Source: an uncultured bacterium
GTDB lineage: Bacteria > Chlamydiota > Chlamydiia > Chlamydiales > Criblamydiaceae
NCBI GenBank assembly: GCA_964367715.1
Contig: CAYIYO010000008.1
Location: 17,917 to 41,916 of the forward strand
DNA length: 24,000 nucleotides
Direction: 5' to 3'
Position numbers and translations under genes: made by a program. Below are positions 9,241 through 15,244 of the stretch, in pieces (the first letter of the stretch is position 1; the number at the start of each line of letters is the position of its first letter). The notes under the pieces were generated by a model that worked only from the letters and a program-made list of their open reading frames with translations, made no database searches and had not been told where the DNA came from.

Positions 9241-9274
9241 AAAAAATTATTTATGAATTCACTTGTGTATAGAA
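9241..9274. repeat. Half-copy (single arm) of the dispersed palindromic repeat family
   Basis: TGAATTCACTTGTGTATAGAA (9254-9274) is identical over 21 bp to 18678-18698. The A/T-rich stretch 9241-9253 resembles the mini-hairpin part of the unit. The copy contains the rnpA stop codon (comp. 9261-9259). Confidence 0.7.
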
Positions 9275-9609
9275 TGACCTAGGAGTAAGAGAAGTTCTTG
9301 TTGGATGTCTTGCATGGACGCGTGATGGGCGTCGCGTAGTGGGACGACGTTGATGTCGAGACCTAAGGTAAGGGCGTCGTAGCAGAGACGGAAGGCTTCG
9401 CGGGTGATGCGTTTAAAGCGGTTACGCTCGTGGGATTTTCCATATTTACGGGAAACGGTGAGACCGATGCGGGTGTTGGGAGAAGAGGATTGTTTGACGG
9501 TTAGTTGGATCCAACGCCCATGAAGGCGGCGGCCCCCGCGGAAAATGCGTTGAAATTCGCGCGAGGTGCGGATCCGCTTAAACTTCGGAAAAGGAAACGT
9601 TTTCGTCAC
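9259..9609 (-). CDS. rnpA: Ribonuclease P protein component
   Basis: 116 aa, basic, with RIRTSREFQRIFRGGRR...LTVSRKYGKSHERNRFKRITREAF (RnpA RNR-type motif). It sits directly downstream of rpmH, with a 1-nt gap. GTG start at comp. 9609. Confidence 0.85.
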   Translation of the reverse strand: MTKTFPFPKFKRIRTSREFQRIFRGGRRLHGRWIQLTVKQSSSPNTRIGLTVSRKYGKSHERNRFKRITREAFRLCYDALTLGLDINVVPLRDAHHASMQDIQQELLLLLGHSIHK

Positions 9610-9610
9610 C

Positions 9611-9748
9611 TTATACTCGTGTCAGTTGCTTTCTACCTTGGCGGCGGCGGCGGTTGATGATGGCTCTGCCTGCTGCTGTTTTCATACGTTTGCGAAAGCC
9701 ATGTTCTGTCTTTCTGCGGCGCTTACTTGGTTGATAGGTGCGTTTCAC
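9611..9748 (-). CDS. rpmH: 50S ribosomal protein L34
   Basis: Not in the ORF track (45 aa). Hand translation gives V(M)[47 protein letters not shown] start at comp. 9748, GAGAGGAA 7 nt upstream, canonical L34 sequence. Confidence 0.9.
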   Translation of the reverse strand: MKRTYQPSKRRRKTEHGFRKRMKTAAGRAIINRRRRQGRKQLTRV

Positions 9749-9795
9749 TGTACTATTCCTCTCGATTTTTATGTAGTTTCATCAGTAAGCTACAT

Positions 9796-9824
9796 ATCTT
9801 AGCTCAACTTCCATAAATTCGCAA
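9796..9824 (-). promoter_or_regulatory. Candidate sigma70/66-type promoter for rpmH-rnpA
   Basis: On the minus strand: TTGCGA (comp. 9824-9819), a 17-nt spacer, then TAAGAT (comp. 9801-9796), about 50 nt upstream of the rpmH start. Motif match only. Confidence 0.35.
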
Positions 9825-9867
9825 CGGCAAACGTCTAATTTTTCCGGAAAATTAGGAGAAAAAGCTC

Positions 9868-9896
9868 TTGAAAGGAAATTCCTCTTTCGTTAAAGT
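9868..9896 (+). promoter_or_regulatory. Candidate sigma70/66-type promoter for rpmJ-rpsN
   Basis: TTGAAA (9868-9873), a 17-nt spacer, then TAAAGT (9891-9896), 37 nt upstream of the rpmJ ATG. The spacer contains the palindrome AGGAAaTTCCT. Motif match only. Confidence 0.4.
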
Positions 9897-9932
9897 AGAC
9901 CTCTGTTAACTCATTTGATAGAAGGAATTATC

Positions 9933-10070
9933 ATGAAAGTTCGAGCCGCTGTAAAAGCCGACAGAACCAAAGGTGACATTCTCGTCCGCCGACGTGGTCG
10001 CCTGTACGTAATCAACAAGAAAGACCCAAACAGAAAACAGCGCCAGAAAGGCCCTGCACTGAAAAAATAA
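9933..10070 (+). CDS. rpmJ: 50S ribosomal protein L36, Cys-free (zinc-independent) form
   Basis: Not in the ORF track (45 aa). Hand translation gives [51 protein letters not shown] lies 6 nt upstream. L36 core (MKVR..VK...RRKGRLYVI...P..KQRQ) without the CxxC/CxxxH zinc ligands. Confidence 0.9.
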   Translation: MKVRAAVKADRTKGDILVRRRGRLYVINKKDPNRKQRQKGPALKK

Positions 10071-10079
10071 GGAACAGCA

Positions 10080-10385
10080 ATGGCTAAAAAGTCATCAGTT
10101 GAAAAGCAAAAAAGACGCGAAAGAACCGTTAAGCTGAAATGGGAAAAGCGCCAAGCTCTAAAAACAAAAATTTACGACATGAGCCTCTCCGAAGAAGAGC
10201 GCCATGAAGCACGCATCGACCTCAATAAGATGCCTAGAGACTCCGCACCTACTCGCCTGCGCAATCGCTGCCAGCTCACCGGTAGAGCACGCGGCTATCT
10301 ACGTAAATTCAAGCTATCACGCCTCTGCTTCAGAGAAATGGCCCTCCACGGCCTTATCCCTGGCGTTACAAAGGCTAGCTGGTAA
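10080..10385 (+). CDS. rpsN: 30S ribosomal protein S14, long (101-aa, zinc-independent) form
   Basis: [14 protein letters not shown]...[43 protein letters not shown], with the canonical S14 C-terminus. AAGGAA lies 6 nt upstream and the gene starts 9 nt after rpmJ. Confidence 0.95.
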   Translation: MAKKSSVEKQKRRERTVKLKWEKRQALKTKIYDMSLSEEERHEARIDLNKMPRDSAPTRLRNRCQLTGRARGYLRKFKLSRLCFREMALHGLIPGVTKASW

Positions 10386-10391
10386 CGACTC

Positions 10392-10440
10392 GTATAGGAT
10401 GAAGGTACAGCAACTCTGCCTTCATCCTAATACTTTCCTC
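10392..10440 (+). terminator. Intrinsic terminator-like hairpin after rpsN
   Basis: Perfect 11-bp stem TAGGATGAAGG (10395-10405) / CCTTCATCCTA (10419-10429) with a 13-nt loop. Four further base pairs follow a 1-nt bulge. The downstream sequence is T-rich. Confidence 0.5.
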
Positions 10441-10548
10441 TTCATTTCTTTCAATTCTTTTCACTCAAAAATTCAACGAAAAACTTGACATTTACCCCTC
10501 TTTGATCGAACTTATAAAAATAAGTTTAATCGAACGAAAGGTCTTGTC

Positions 10549-11079
10549 ATGAAAAATTTACTTGTCTGCGCACTTGCTTATTTTCTTTTTTTAACCGGAG
10601 CTGCTGTTGCAGAAGATGTTGTAGGATTTTGGAAGATTCCAAATGACAAAACAGGAAAGATCGAATGTATTATTTGCGTCTACAAGTACGATGAACAAGT
10701 CTACGGACGTATCATTGCACGAGTGGAAAAAGATGGAAGCATTGTCGATACCATCCATACTCCTATTGAGCGTGCTCCGGGAGTCGAGGGAACGCCTTAT
10801 TATGCCGGATTGGATATGATCTGGGGATTGAAATCAAATGGAAATCGGTATGTGGAAGGGAAAGTATTAGATCCTCAGAAAGGCAAGTTATATAATGCTG
10901 AGATGTGGGCGGAGAACGGTAATTTAGTGTTGAGAGGCAAGTTGTGGATCTTTGGGCAGAATCGAGTGTGGCTTCCTTTGGAAGAAGGTGACATGCCTGA
11001 GGGGTTTGAGAAGCCTGATTTGACAGCGATGGTCCCGGCGATTCCTAAAACAAAACGTTTAGAACGTAAATCGAATTAA
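10549..11079 (+). CDS. Secreted DUF2147-family protein
   Basis: Signal peptide MKNLLVCALAYFLFLTGAAVA|ED. GFWKIPNDKTGKIECIICVYKYDEQVYGRII and GLDMIWGLKSNGNRYVEGKVLDPQKGKLYNAEMW...LVLRGKLWIFGQNRVW fit the remembered DUF2147 pattern (G.W...DKTGK...IY...LYGKI; IWGLK...G.ILDP.NGK.Y). Confidence 0.75.
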   Translation: MKNLLVCALAYFLFLTGAAVAEDVVGFWKIPNDKTGKIECIICVYKYDEQVYGRIIARVEKDGSIVDTIHTPIERAPGVEGTPYYAGLDMIWGLKSNGNRYVEGKVLDPQKGKLYNAEMWAENGNLVLRGKLWIFGQNRVWLPLEEGDMPEGFEKPDLTAMVPAIPKTKRLERKSN

Positions 11080-11537
11080 GTTGTGAGTGGAGTTGATAAC
11101 GGACGTTCTCCTAGTGCGGATTGCATGTCGAGGATAGATTCCACTTGTTGCCATTCTTCCATGCCTTCTGTCCACACATAGTCTGAGGGTTGAAGATGAC
11201 CGGTTTCCCATGCAGTTTGAAGAGCGCTAAAAGCAACAGGACCTAGCTGTTCTTGTTCTTGATTGATGTAGAACCATTCTTTTTCAGCAAATGTTTCGAC
11301 TGGTGAATCGATCGCCGGTGGTGTTCTTTCTGCGATTTTTCTTGTGCGGCTGGGTTTTTCTTGTGCTGTGAGAGGAGAAAGAACAAATAGAGCGGCTGTT
11401 GCAAAGAGACCGAAGAGAACGCCATAAAGGAACCAGTTGGCGGGACTGCGGCCTCGGCGTTCTGCGAGACGGGAGGTGGCGAAGGCGATAAGAATATTTA
11501 GGATGATTGCGACAAAAATAACCATAATGGGTTCCAT
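11076..11537 (-). CDS. Small membrane protein with a C-terminal GYF_2 (DUF4339)-type domain
   Basis: 153 aa with two N-terminal TM helices. The C-terminal EWFYINQEQEQLGPVAFSALQTAWETGHLQPSDYVWTEGMEEWQQVESI fits the W.Y....Q.GP.....L......G.I....VW..GM..W pattern. Its stop overlaps the DUF2147 stop on the opposite strand (TTAA, 11076-11079). Confidence 0.7.
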   Translation of the reverse strand: MEPIMVIFVAIILNILIAFATSRLAERRGRSPANWFLYGVLFGLFATAALFVLSPLTAQEKPSRTRKIAERTPPAIDSPVETFAEKEWFYINQEQEQLGPVAFSALQTAWETGHLQPSDYVWTEGMEEWQQVESILDMQSALGERPLSTPLTT

Positions 11538-11582
11538 TTTTTAAATTTATCCCTCCCCTTTTTCTTTTTATAAGGGAAGAAT

Positions 11583-11611
11583 TTGCATAAACAGGTAATG
11601 AATGCTACTAT
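11583..11611 (+). promoter_or_regulatory. Candidate sigma70/66-type promoter for the asp23 operon
   Basis: TTGCAT (11583-11588), a 17-nt spacer, then TACTAT (11606-11611), 37 nt upstream of ATG 11648. On the opposite strand, TTGCTT (comp. 11636-11631), an 18-nt spacer, then TATAGT (comp. 11612-11607) could serve the divergent GYF gene. Motif match only. Confidence 0.35.
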
Positions 11612-11647
11612 AAGCAAAGAGGGTGGCAAAAAGCAAGGAGCGTTATA

Positions 11648-12118
11648 ATGAAAAAGGTGGATATGACAGAATATGAATTGCCTGAGACAGTGTTTGTGCG
11701 CGACATTGAAGATAGCGTGTTTCAAGGAATTGTTTTACAGTGCCTTGCTAAGGTTCGAGGAATTACTCTTGTAGAAGGCAATTTGATCGACACGTTATTT
11801 GGGTTGCGGACGACAGAAGGGATCAAAGGAATTTATGCGGAGCAGGACTCTAAGCATCAGAGCGTTAACATAAAAATTGAGATTAACATCTGTTATGGCG
11901 AGTCTATTCCGGAAAAAGCAGAAGAAATTCAGACAAAAGTCGCAGAAGACATCACGCGATTGACCGGACTTCATGTGGCGTCGGTTCATGTCGTTTTTAA
12001 AAGCGTTGTGACGCCAGAGCAGTCAAAACGGATGGCGGCAGCGATGCGTAAGGCGGTGGATCATCCCCAGCAACCAGACAGTCATCGCATGGTAGAAGAA
12101 TATTCAGAGGAATTCTGA
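11648..12118 (+). CDS. Asp23/Gls24-family (alkaline shock protein-like, DUF322) protein
   Basis: AAGGAG lies 8 nt upstream. Sequence: FVRDIEDSVFQGIVLQCLAKVRGI...VNIKIEINICYGESIPEKAEEIQTKVAEDITRLTGLHVASVHVVFKSV. It fits the Asp23 pattern (V.V.I.V.YG..I.....IQ..V...V...TGL.V..V.V.V..V). Confidence 0.75.
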   Translation: MKKVDMTEYELPETVFVRDIEDSVFQGIVLQCLAKVRGITLVEGNLIDTLFGLRTTEGIKGIYAEQDSKHQSVNIKIEINICYGESIPEKAEEIQTKVAEDITRLTGLHVASVHVVFKSVVTPEQSKRMAAAMRKAVDHPQQPDSHRMVEEYSEEF

Positions 12119-12627
12119 TGTACAACCTTTTTTCTAAAACCGCGAAGACAGTCACGGGAATTCTTTTTATTCTTGCGGGAACCGTGGCGATGTTGATTCC
12201 TTGGCTGCCGACAGTGCGGACTGAGATTGTATTGTTTGTGCTAGAAAAGACGATGTTGCTCTTTGTGATGGGAGTAGCCCTGCTGATTATTGGATTAGCG
12301 ATGATTGCCTATGTTCGACTCAGCATGGGTCAGCGTACTTTTTATGTGAGGAAAGATTCGCATCCGGTTGAGGTTCAAAGAGAAGTGCTTCAAGGAGTAT
12401 TAAACATCTATTTTAAAGAGATGTTTCCTGGAATGGAGATTCCCCATGAGGCGATCCTTCATCGTAATAAAGTGCGGCTGTATTTGGATTTCCCTTATAT
12501 CATTAAAGAAGAGCAGGAGCCATTAACGGATCGCCTTTATGAGGAGCTTTCTGCGCTTTTAGATGAGTCGTTAGGATGTAGTAAGCCGTTGGAGCTTTCT
12601 GTCAGCTACAACAATAAACCGCGTTAA
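12118..12627 (+). CDS. Two-TM membrane protein, possibly an AmaP-like anchor for the Asp23 protein
   Basis: 169 aa. The start overlaps the asp23 stop (TGATG, 12116-12120). Two N-terminal TM helices (ILFILAGTVAMLIPWLP; LLFVMGVALLIIGLAMIAYV) precede a soluble domain. The AmaP assignment is inferred from architecture and adjacency, not from a recognised motif. Confidence 0.55.
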   Translation: MYNLFSKTAKTVTGILFILAGTVAMLIPWLPTVRTEIVLFVLEKTMLLFVMGVALLIIGLAMIAYVRLSMGQRTFYVRKDSHPVEVQREVLQGVLNIYFKEMFPGMEIPHEAILHRNKVRLYLDFPYIIKEEQEPLTDRLYEELSALLDESLGCSKPLELSVSYNNKPR

Positions 12628-12649
12628 AACGTAATCGGTCACGCGGTTT
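12616..12649 (+). terminator. Hairpin spanning the stop codon of the 169-aa gene
   Basis: Perfect 9-bp stem AAACCGCGT (12616-12624) / ACGCGGTTT (12641-12649) with a 16-nt loop. No following T-tract, so terminator function is uncertain. Confidence 0.3.
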
Positions 12650-12685
12650 CCATACCAATGCGCCCGGATTGCGTCAGCTACAAAA

Positions 12686-12738
12686 TCTATACACAGGTGA
12701 ATTCAAAAATTGGCTTTTTGATTTCACTTGGGTATAGA
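12686..12738. repeat. 53-bp near-perfect hairpin copy of the dispersed palindromic repeat family
   Basis: TCTATACACAGGTGAA-T-TCAAAAA-ttggc-TTTTTGA-T-TTCACTTGGGTATAGA. The 16-bp outer stem has one A/G mismatch and one G-T pair; the 7-bp inner stem is perfect; the loop is 5 nt. The head is a 1-2 nt variant of TCTATACACAAGTGAA seen at 18596-18698 and 9254-9274. It lies between convergent genes. Confidence 0.75.
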
Positions 12739-12865
12739 TACCGACGAGCAGCCTTGTTTTTATGGATTCATCGCTACCATGATGAAAAACTTATGACAGG
12801 CGCCGTGATCGAGTACGTTAAAACGATAATTTTGGTCAGGGAAATCTTTATGGCTCGGCTTTAAA

Positions 12866-14308
12866 TCAGAGTGCTTTATGGATTGTTTCGACGATCATCA
12901 TATTTGTTGTGCCGCAGATGCCGAAAGGAGAGCCCGCGGTGAGGACAACGATGTCTTCGTCTTTAACATAGCCTTTTTCTAGTGCGTATTGACTTAATTT
13001 GCTAAATGCTTCGACCAAATCTTTGCTTGGTTCCGCTAAAATAGGAACAATTCCCCAATTGAGCGCCATTTGTTGATAACATTTTTCGTTCGATGTCATC
13101 GCCAATATCGGCATGGGAGGACGTAGACGTGCGAGCAGACGTGCAGTTGACCCTCCTGTAGTAAAAACAAAAATCGCTTTTACATTAAAGCTATAGGCGG
13201 TTTTTACCGTTGCCAAGGTCACTGCTGAGGTCACGTCGTGAAAGAGAAGGGGTGAGTGCGTATTAAAAAAGGTGCGGTAGTCAAAATCGGACTCTGCTTC
13301 GGCAGCGATACTGCGCATAATTTTTACTGTTTCGATCGGATATTTTCCTACTGCTGTTTCTCCGGAGAGCATCACTGCCGATGTGCTGTCATAGATGGCA
13401 TTAGCGACGTCCGATGCTTCTGCACGTGTCGGGCGCGGATTCGTGATCATGGATTCTAGCATTTGAGTCGCCGTGACGGAGGGTTTTCCTGCGAGGTAGG
13501 ATTTGCGGATCATCATTTTTTGTAGACGAGGAACGTGAGTCAGCGGAACGGCAACGCCCAAGTCTCCGCGAGCGACCATGATTCCATCGGCGACATGGAC
13601 GATTTCATCGAAATTTTCGACACCTTCGTGATTTTCTATTTTTGCGATGACCAGGATGTCAGTTCTATTGTAAGAAGCAAGAATTTTTTTTATTTCAAGA
13701 ACATCGTCGGCGCAGCGGACGAAGGAAGCGGCGATATAGTCGACATCTTGTTCGCATCCAAATTTGATGTCAGCGATGTCTTTGTCGGAGACAGAAGGGA
13801 TATCGATGGCGACGTAAGGGAAAGAGACATTTTTTCCGCTGTTGATGATGCCGCCATTATCGATTTCGACAACCACGCCGCTGTGATCAATCGAGATAAT
13901 GTGTCCGGCGATGTATCCGTCGGCGAAGAGGACATGCATTCCCACTTTAAGTTGATTGAGGACAAATCCCGGCCGGAGGGAAATGCGTTCAGCGTCTCCT
14001 TCGACCTCTTCTGGCACGAGACGCCAGTGTTGTTTTGGATGAAGAGTCAGCGCGCCTTCCTTGATTTTTCCTAGGCGGATTTCCGGACCTTTGGTGTCGA
14101 GCATGATGGCGAGTGGGCGGCCTAGCTCTTTGCGAACACGTTTAAGGATGGCAATTTTTTCTGCGTGTTCCGGATGAGTGCCGTGACTAAAATTCAGACG
14201 TGCGACATCGACACCTGCTTCTATCAGTTCACGAATTTTTTCATAGGTGCCGACAGTTGGACCTATCGTTGCGATAATTTTTGTGTGAAGTGGAGAAGGA
14301 GATATCAT
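12866..14308 (-). CDS. pyk: Pyruvate kinase
   Basis: KIIATIGPT, NFSHG, MLDTKGPEIR, IAKIENHEGV, MVARGDLGV and TATQMLESM. I moved the start from the track's TTG (14323) to ATG at comp. 14308 (MISPSPLHTK...), which has AAGGAAAG just upstream. This gives 480 aa. Confidence 0.9.
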   Translation of the reverse strand: MISPSPLHTKIIATIGPTVGTYEKIRELIEAGVDVARLNFSHGTHPEHAEKIAILKRVRKELGRPLAIMLDTKGPEIRLGKIKEGALTLHPKQHWRLVPEEVEGDAERISLRPGFVLNQLKVGMHVLFADGYIAGHIISIDHSGVVVEIDNGGIINSGKNVSFPYVAIDIPSVSDKDIADIKFGCEQDVDYIAASFVRCADDVLEIKKILASYNRTDILVIAKIENHEGVENFDEIVHVADGIMVARGDLGVAVPLTHVPRLQKMMIRKSYLAGKPSVTATQMLESMITNPRPTRAEASDVANAIYDSTSAVMLSGETAVGKYPIETVKIMRSIAAEAESDFDYRTFFNTHSPLLFHDVTSAVTLATVKTAYSFNVKAIFVFTTGGSTARLLARLRPPMPILAMTSNEKCYQQMALNWGIVPILAEPSKDLVEAFSKLSQYALEKGYVKDEDIVVLTAGSPFGICGTTNMMIVETIHKAL

Positions 14309-14351
14309 TTTCTTTCCTTGCAAATAGAAACGATTAAAGTTATTAACCTAA

Positions 14352-14384
14352 GTTATACCGCTCGTGATTCAAAATTTGGTTTTT
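14352..14384. repeat. Degenerate partial copy of the palindromic repeat unit
   Basis: TTATACCGCTCGTGATTCAAAATTTGGTTTTTA aligns by eye with the unit TATACACAAGTGAA(A/T)TCAA(G/A)AAT(C/T)GGTTTTTA, matching about two thirds of positions. It lies in the pyk / 238-aa divergent spacer. Could be chance. Confidence 0.3.
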
Positions 14385-14398
14385 AAAAGGATACATTT

Positions 14399-15115
14399 AT
14401 GAGACCTCGCTCTTTTTTCATCTTAGCGCTTTGCGGATTGTTTTGCTTTACAAAACATTTAAGTGCTGAAATAGAACTAGTTACAATAAAGTGGCCTCCC
14501 GGTATTTGTACAGAATCTTGTCGTTTGGGTTTAGAGAAGAAACTCAGAACGATGAATGATGTTGCTGAGGTTGTCGTTACCGATGTCCAGGCGACGCTGC
14601 GCTGGAAACCGAACCATCGAATGGTCTATTCTTCTTTAGAAAATACGATGGCGATGATTGGCGTCTCAATGGATGAACTTCAAATTACTGTCCGAGGAAC
14701 AATCAAACAGATGGGAAAGGAGATAAAGCTCATTTCCATTGGGGATAATACCGAGTTTACACTGTTGGGACCTGTTCAAATTGATAAAAACAATGCCCCT
14801 ATTTTGGAGAATCCGCAGACACTAAAATTATCGGAAGAGACAAGACAGAAATTTATTGCTGCGGAAAAACAATTTAAGGTTGTGACCGTTCAAGGCCCAT
14901 TTTTCGAGCCTGAACGTGCGCCGCCTTATTACATTATTGCAGAAAAAATTCAGATTTCACCTAGTTTAGTGGAAGGAGCGCCGCCGCAGGAAAGGCAGCA
15001 GCAACAAGCGGTCCCTCAATCTTATTATGAGCGACGGCCCACTCAGCAAACGACCTCCCCTAATCGGCCCCCTTCAACACAACAAAATACGTATCAAATT
15101 GTTCCTCAACGTTAA
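14399..15115 (+). CDS. Secreted protein with an N-terminal HMA-like (ferredoxin-fold) region carrying CxxxC and a Q/P-rich tail
   Basis: Signal peptide MRPRSFFILALCGLFCFTKHLSA|E. IELVTIKWPPGICTESCRLGLEKKLRTMNDVAEVVVTDVQATLRWKP resembles the heavy-metal-associated pattern (GM.C..C...IE..L....V), but with three residues between the cysteines. The C-terminal 50 aa are rich in Q, P and T. Confidence 0.6.
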   Translation: MRPRSFFILALCGLFCFTKHLSAEIELVTIKWPPGICTESCRLGLEKKLRTMNDVAEVVVTDVQATLRWKPNHRMVYSSLENTMAMIGVSMDELQITVRGTIKQMGKEIKLISIGDNTEFTLLGPVQIDKNNAPILENPQTLKLSEETRQKFIAAEKQFKVVTVQGPFFEPERAPPYYIIAEKIQISPSLVEGAPPQERQQQQAVPQSYYERRPTQQTTSPNRPPSTQQNTYQIVPQR

Positions 15116-15122
15116 TTATTTT

Positions 15123-15168
15123 AAGAAGCTTATGTAAAACATTTTTTCACATAGGCTTCTTTTTTTTC
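15123..15168 (+). terminator. Rho-independent terminator after the 238-aa gene
   Basis: 13-bp stem AAGAAGCTTATGT (15123-15135) / ACATAGGCTTCTT (15149-15161) with 12 Watson-Crick pairs and one T-G pair. The loop is 13 nt and a T7 run follows (15162-15168). Confidence 0.7.
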
Positions 15169-15244
15169 TTATCACTCACGTATGACTTCACTTGTCACCT
15201 TGATTTAGTCCTTTTCTTCAACAAATGAAAAAAAAGGTGATTAG

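Noticed and set aside
9611-9932. The rpmH-rnpA neighbourhood as a possible replication origin
   Set aside because: I found no cluster of TTATCCACA-like DnaA boxes and no dnaA gene. The spacer is only 184 bp and is explained by two divergent promoters.
11076-11079. Convergent DUF2147 and GYF genes overlap by 4 nt, with stop codons sharing TTAA
   Set aside because: The overlap is real but trivial. It reflects compact genome packing and carries no regulatory implication I can support.
12658-12864. 68-aa ORF in the spacer between the 169-aa gene and pyk
   Set aside because: It runs straight through the 53-bp palindromic repeat, has no RBS and no recognisable sequence. The spacer is better explained by the repeat and hairpins. 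An sRNA cannot be excluded, but nothing supports one.
14309-14323. TTG start (14323) for pyk
   Set aside because: The ATG five codons downstream (comp. 14308) has AAGGAAAG directly upstream, and the TTG has no RBS. The call is moderately confident.
13256-14386. ORFs antisense to pyk, including the 179-aa ORF at 13535-14074
   Set aside because: These are mirror-frame ORFs opposite a strongly supported pyruvate kinase. The D/V/F/I-rich composition is typical of antisense translation.
15187-15195. TTCACTTGT upstream of the 942-aa gene, matching the core of the repeat head, as a possible left boundary of the AT-rich insertion
   Set aside because: The match is only 9 nt. I estimate about 0.2 chance occurrences on both strands of 24 kb. 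No extended similarity to the repeat unit surrounds it.
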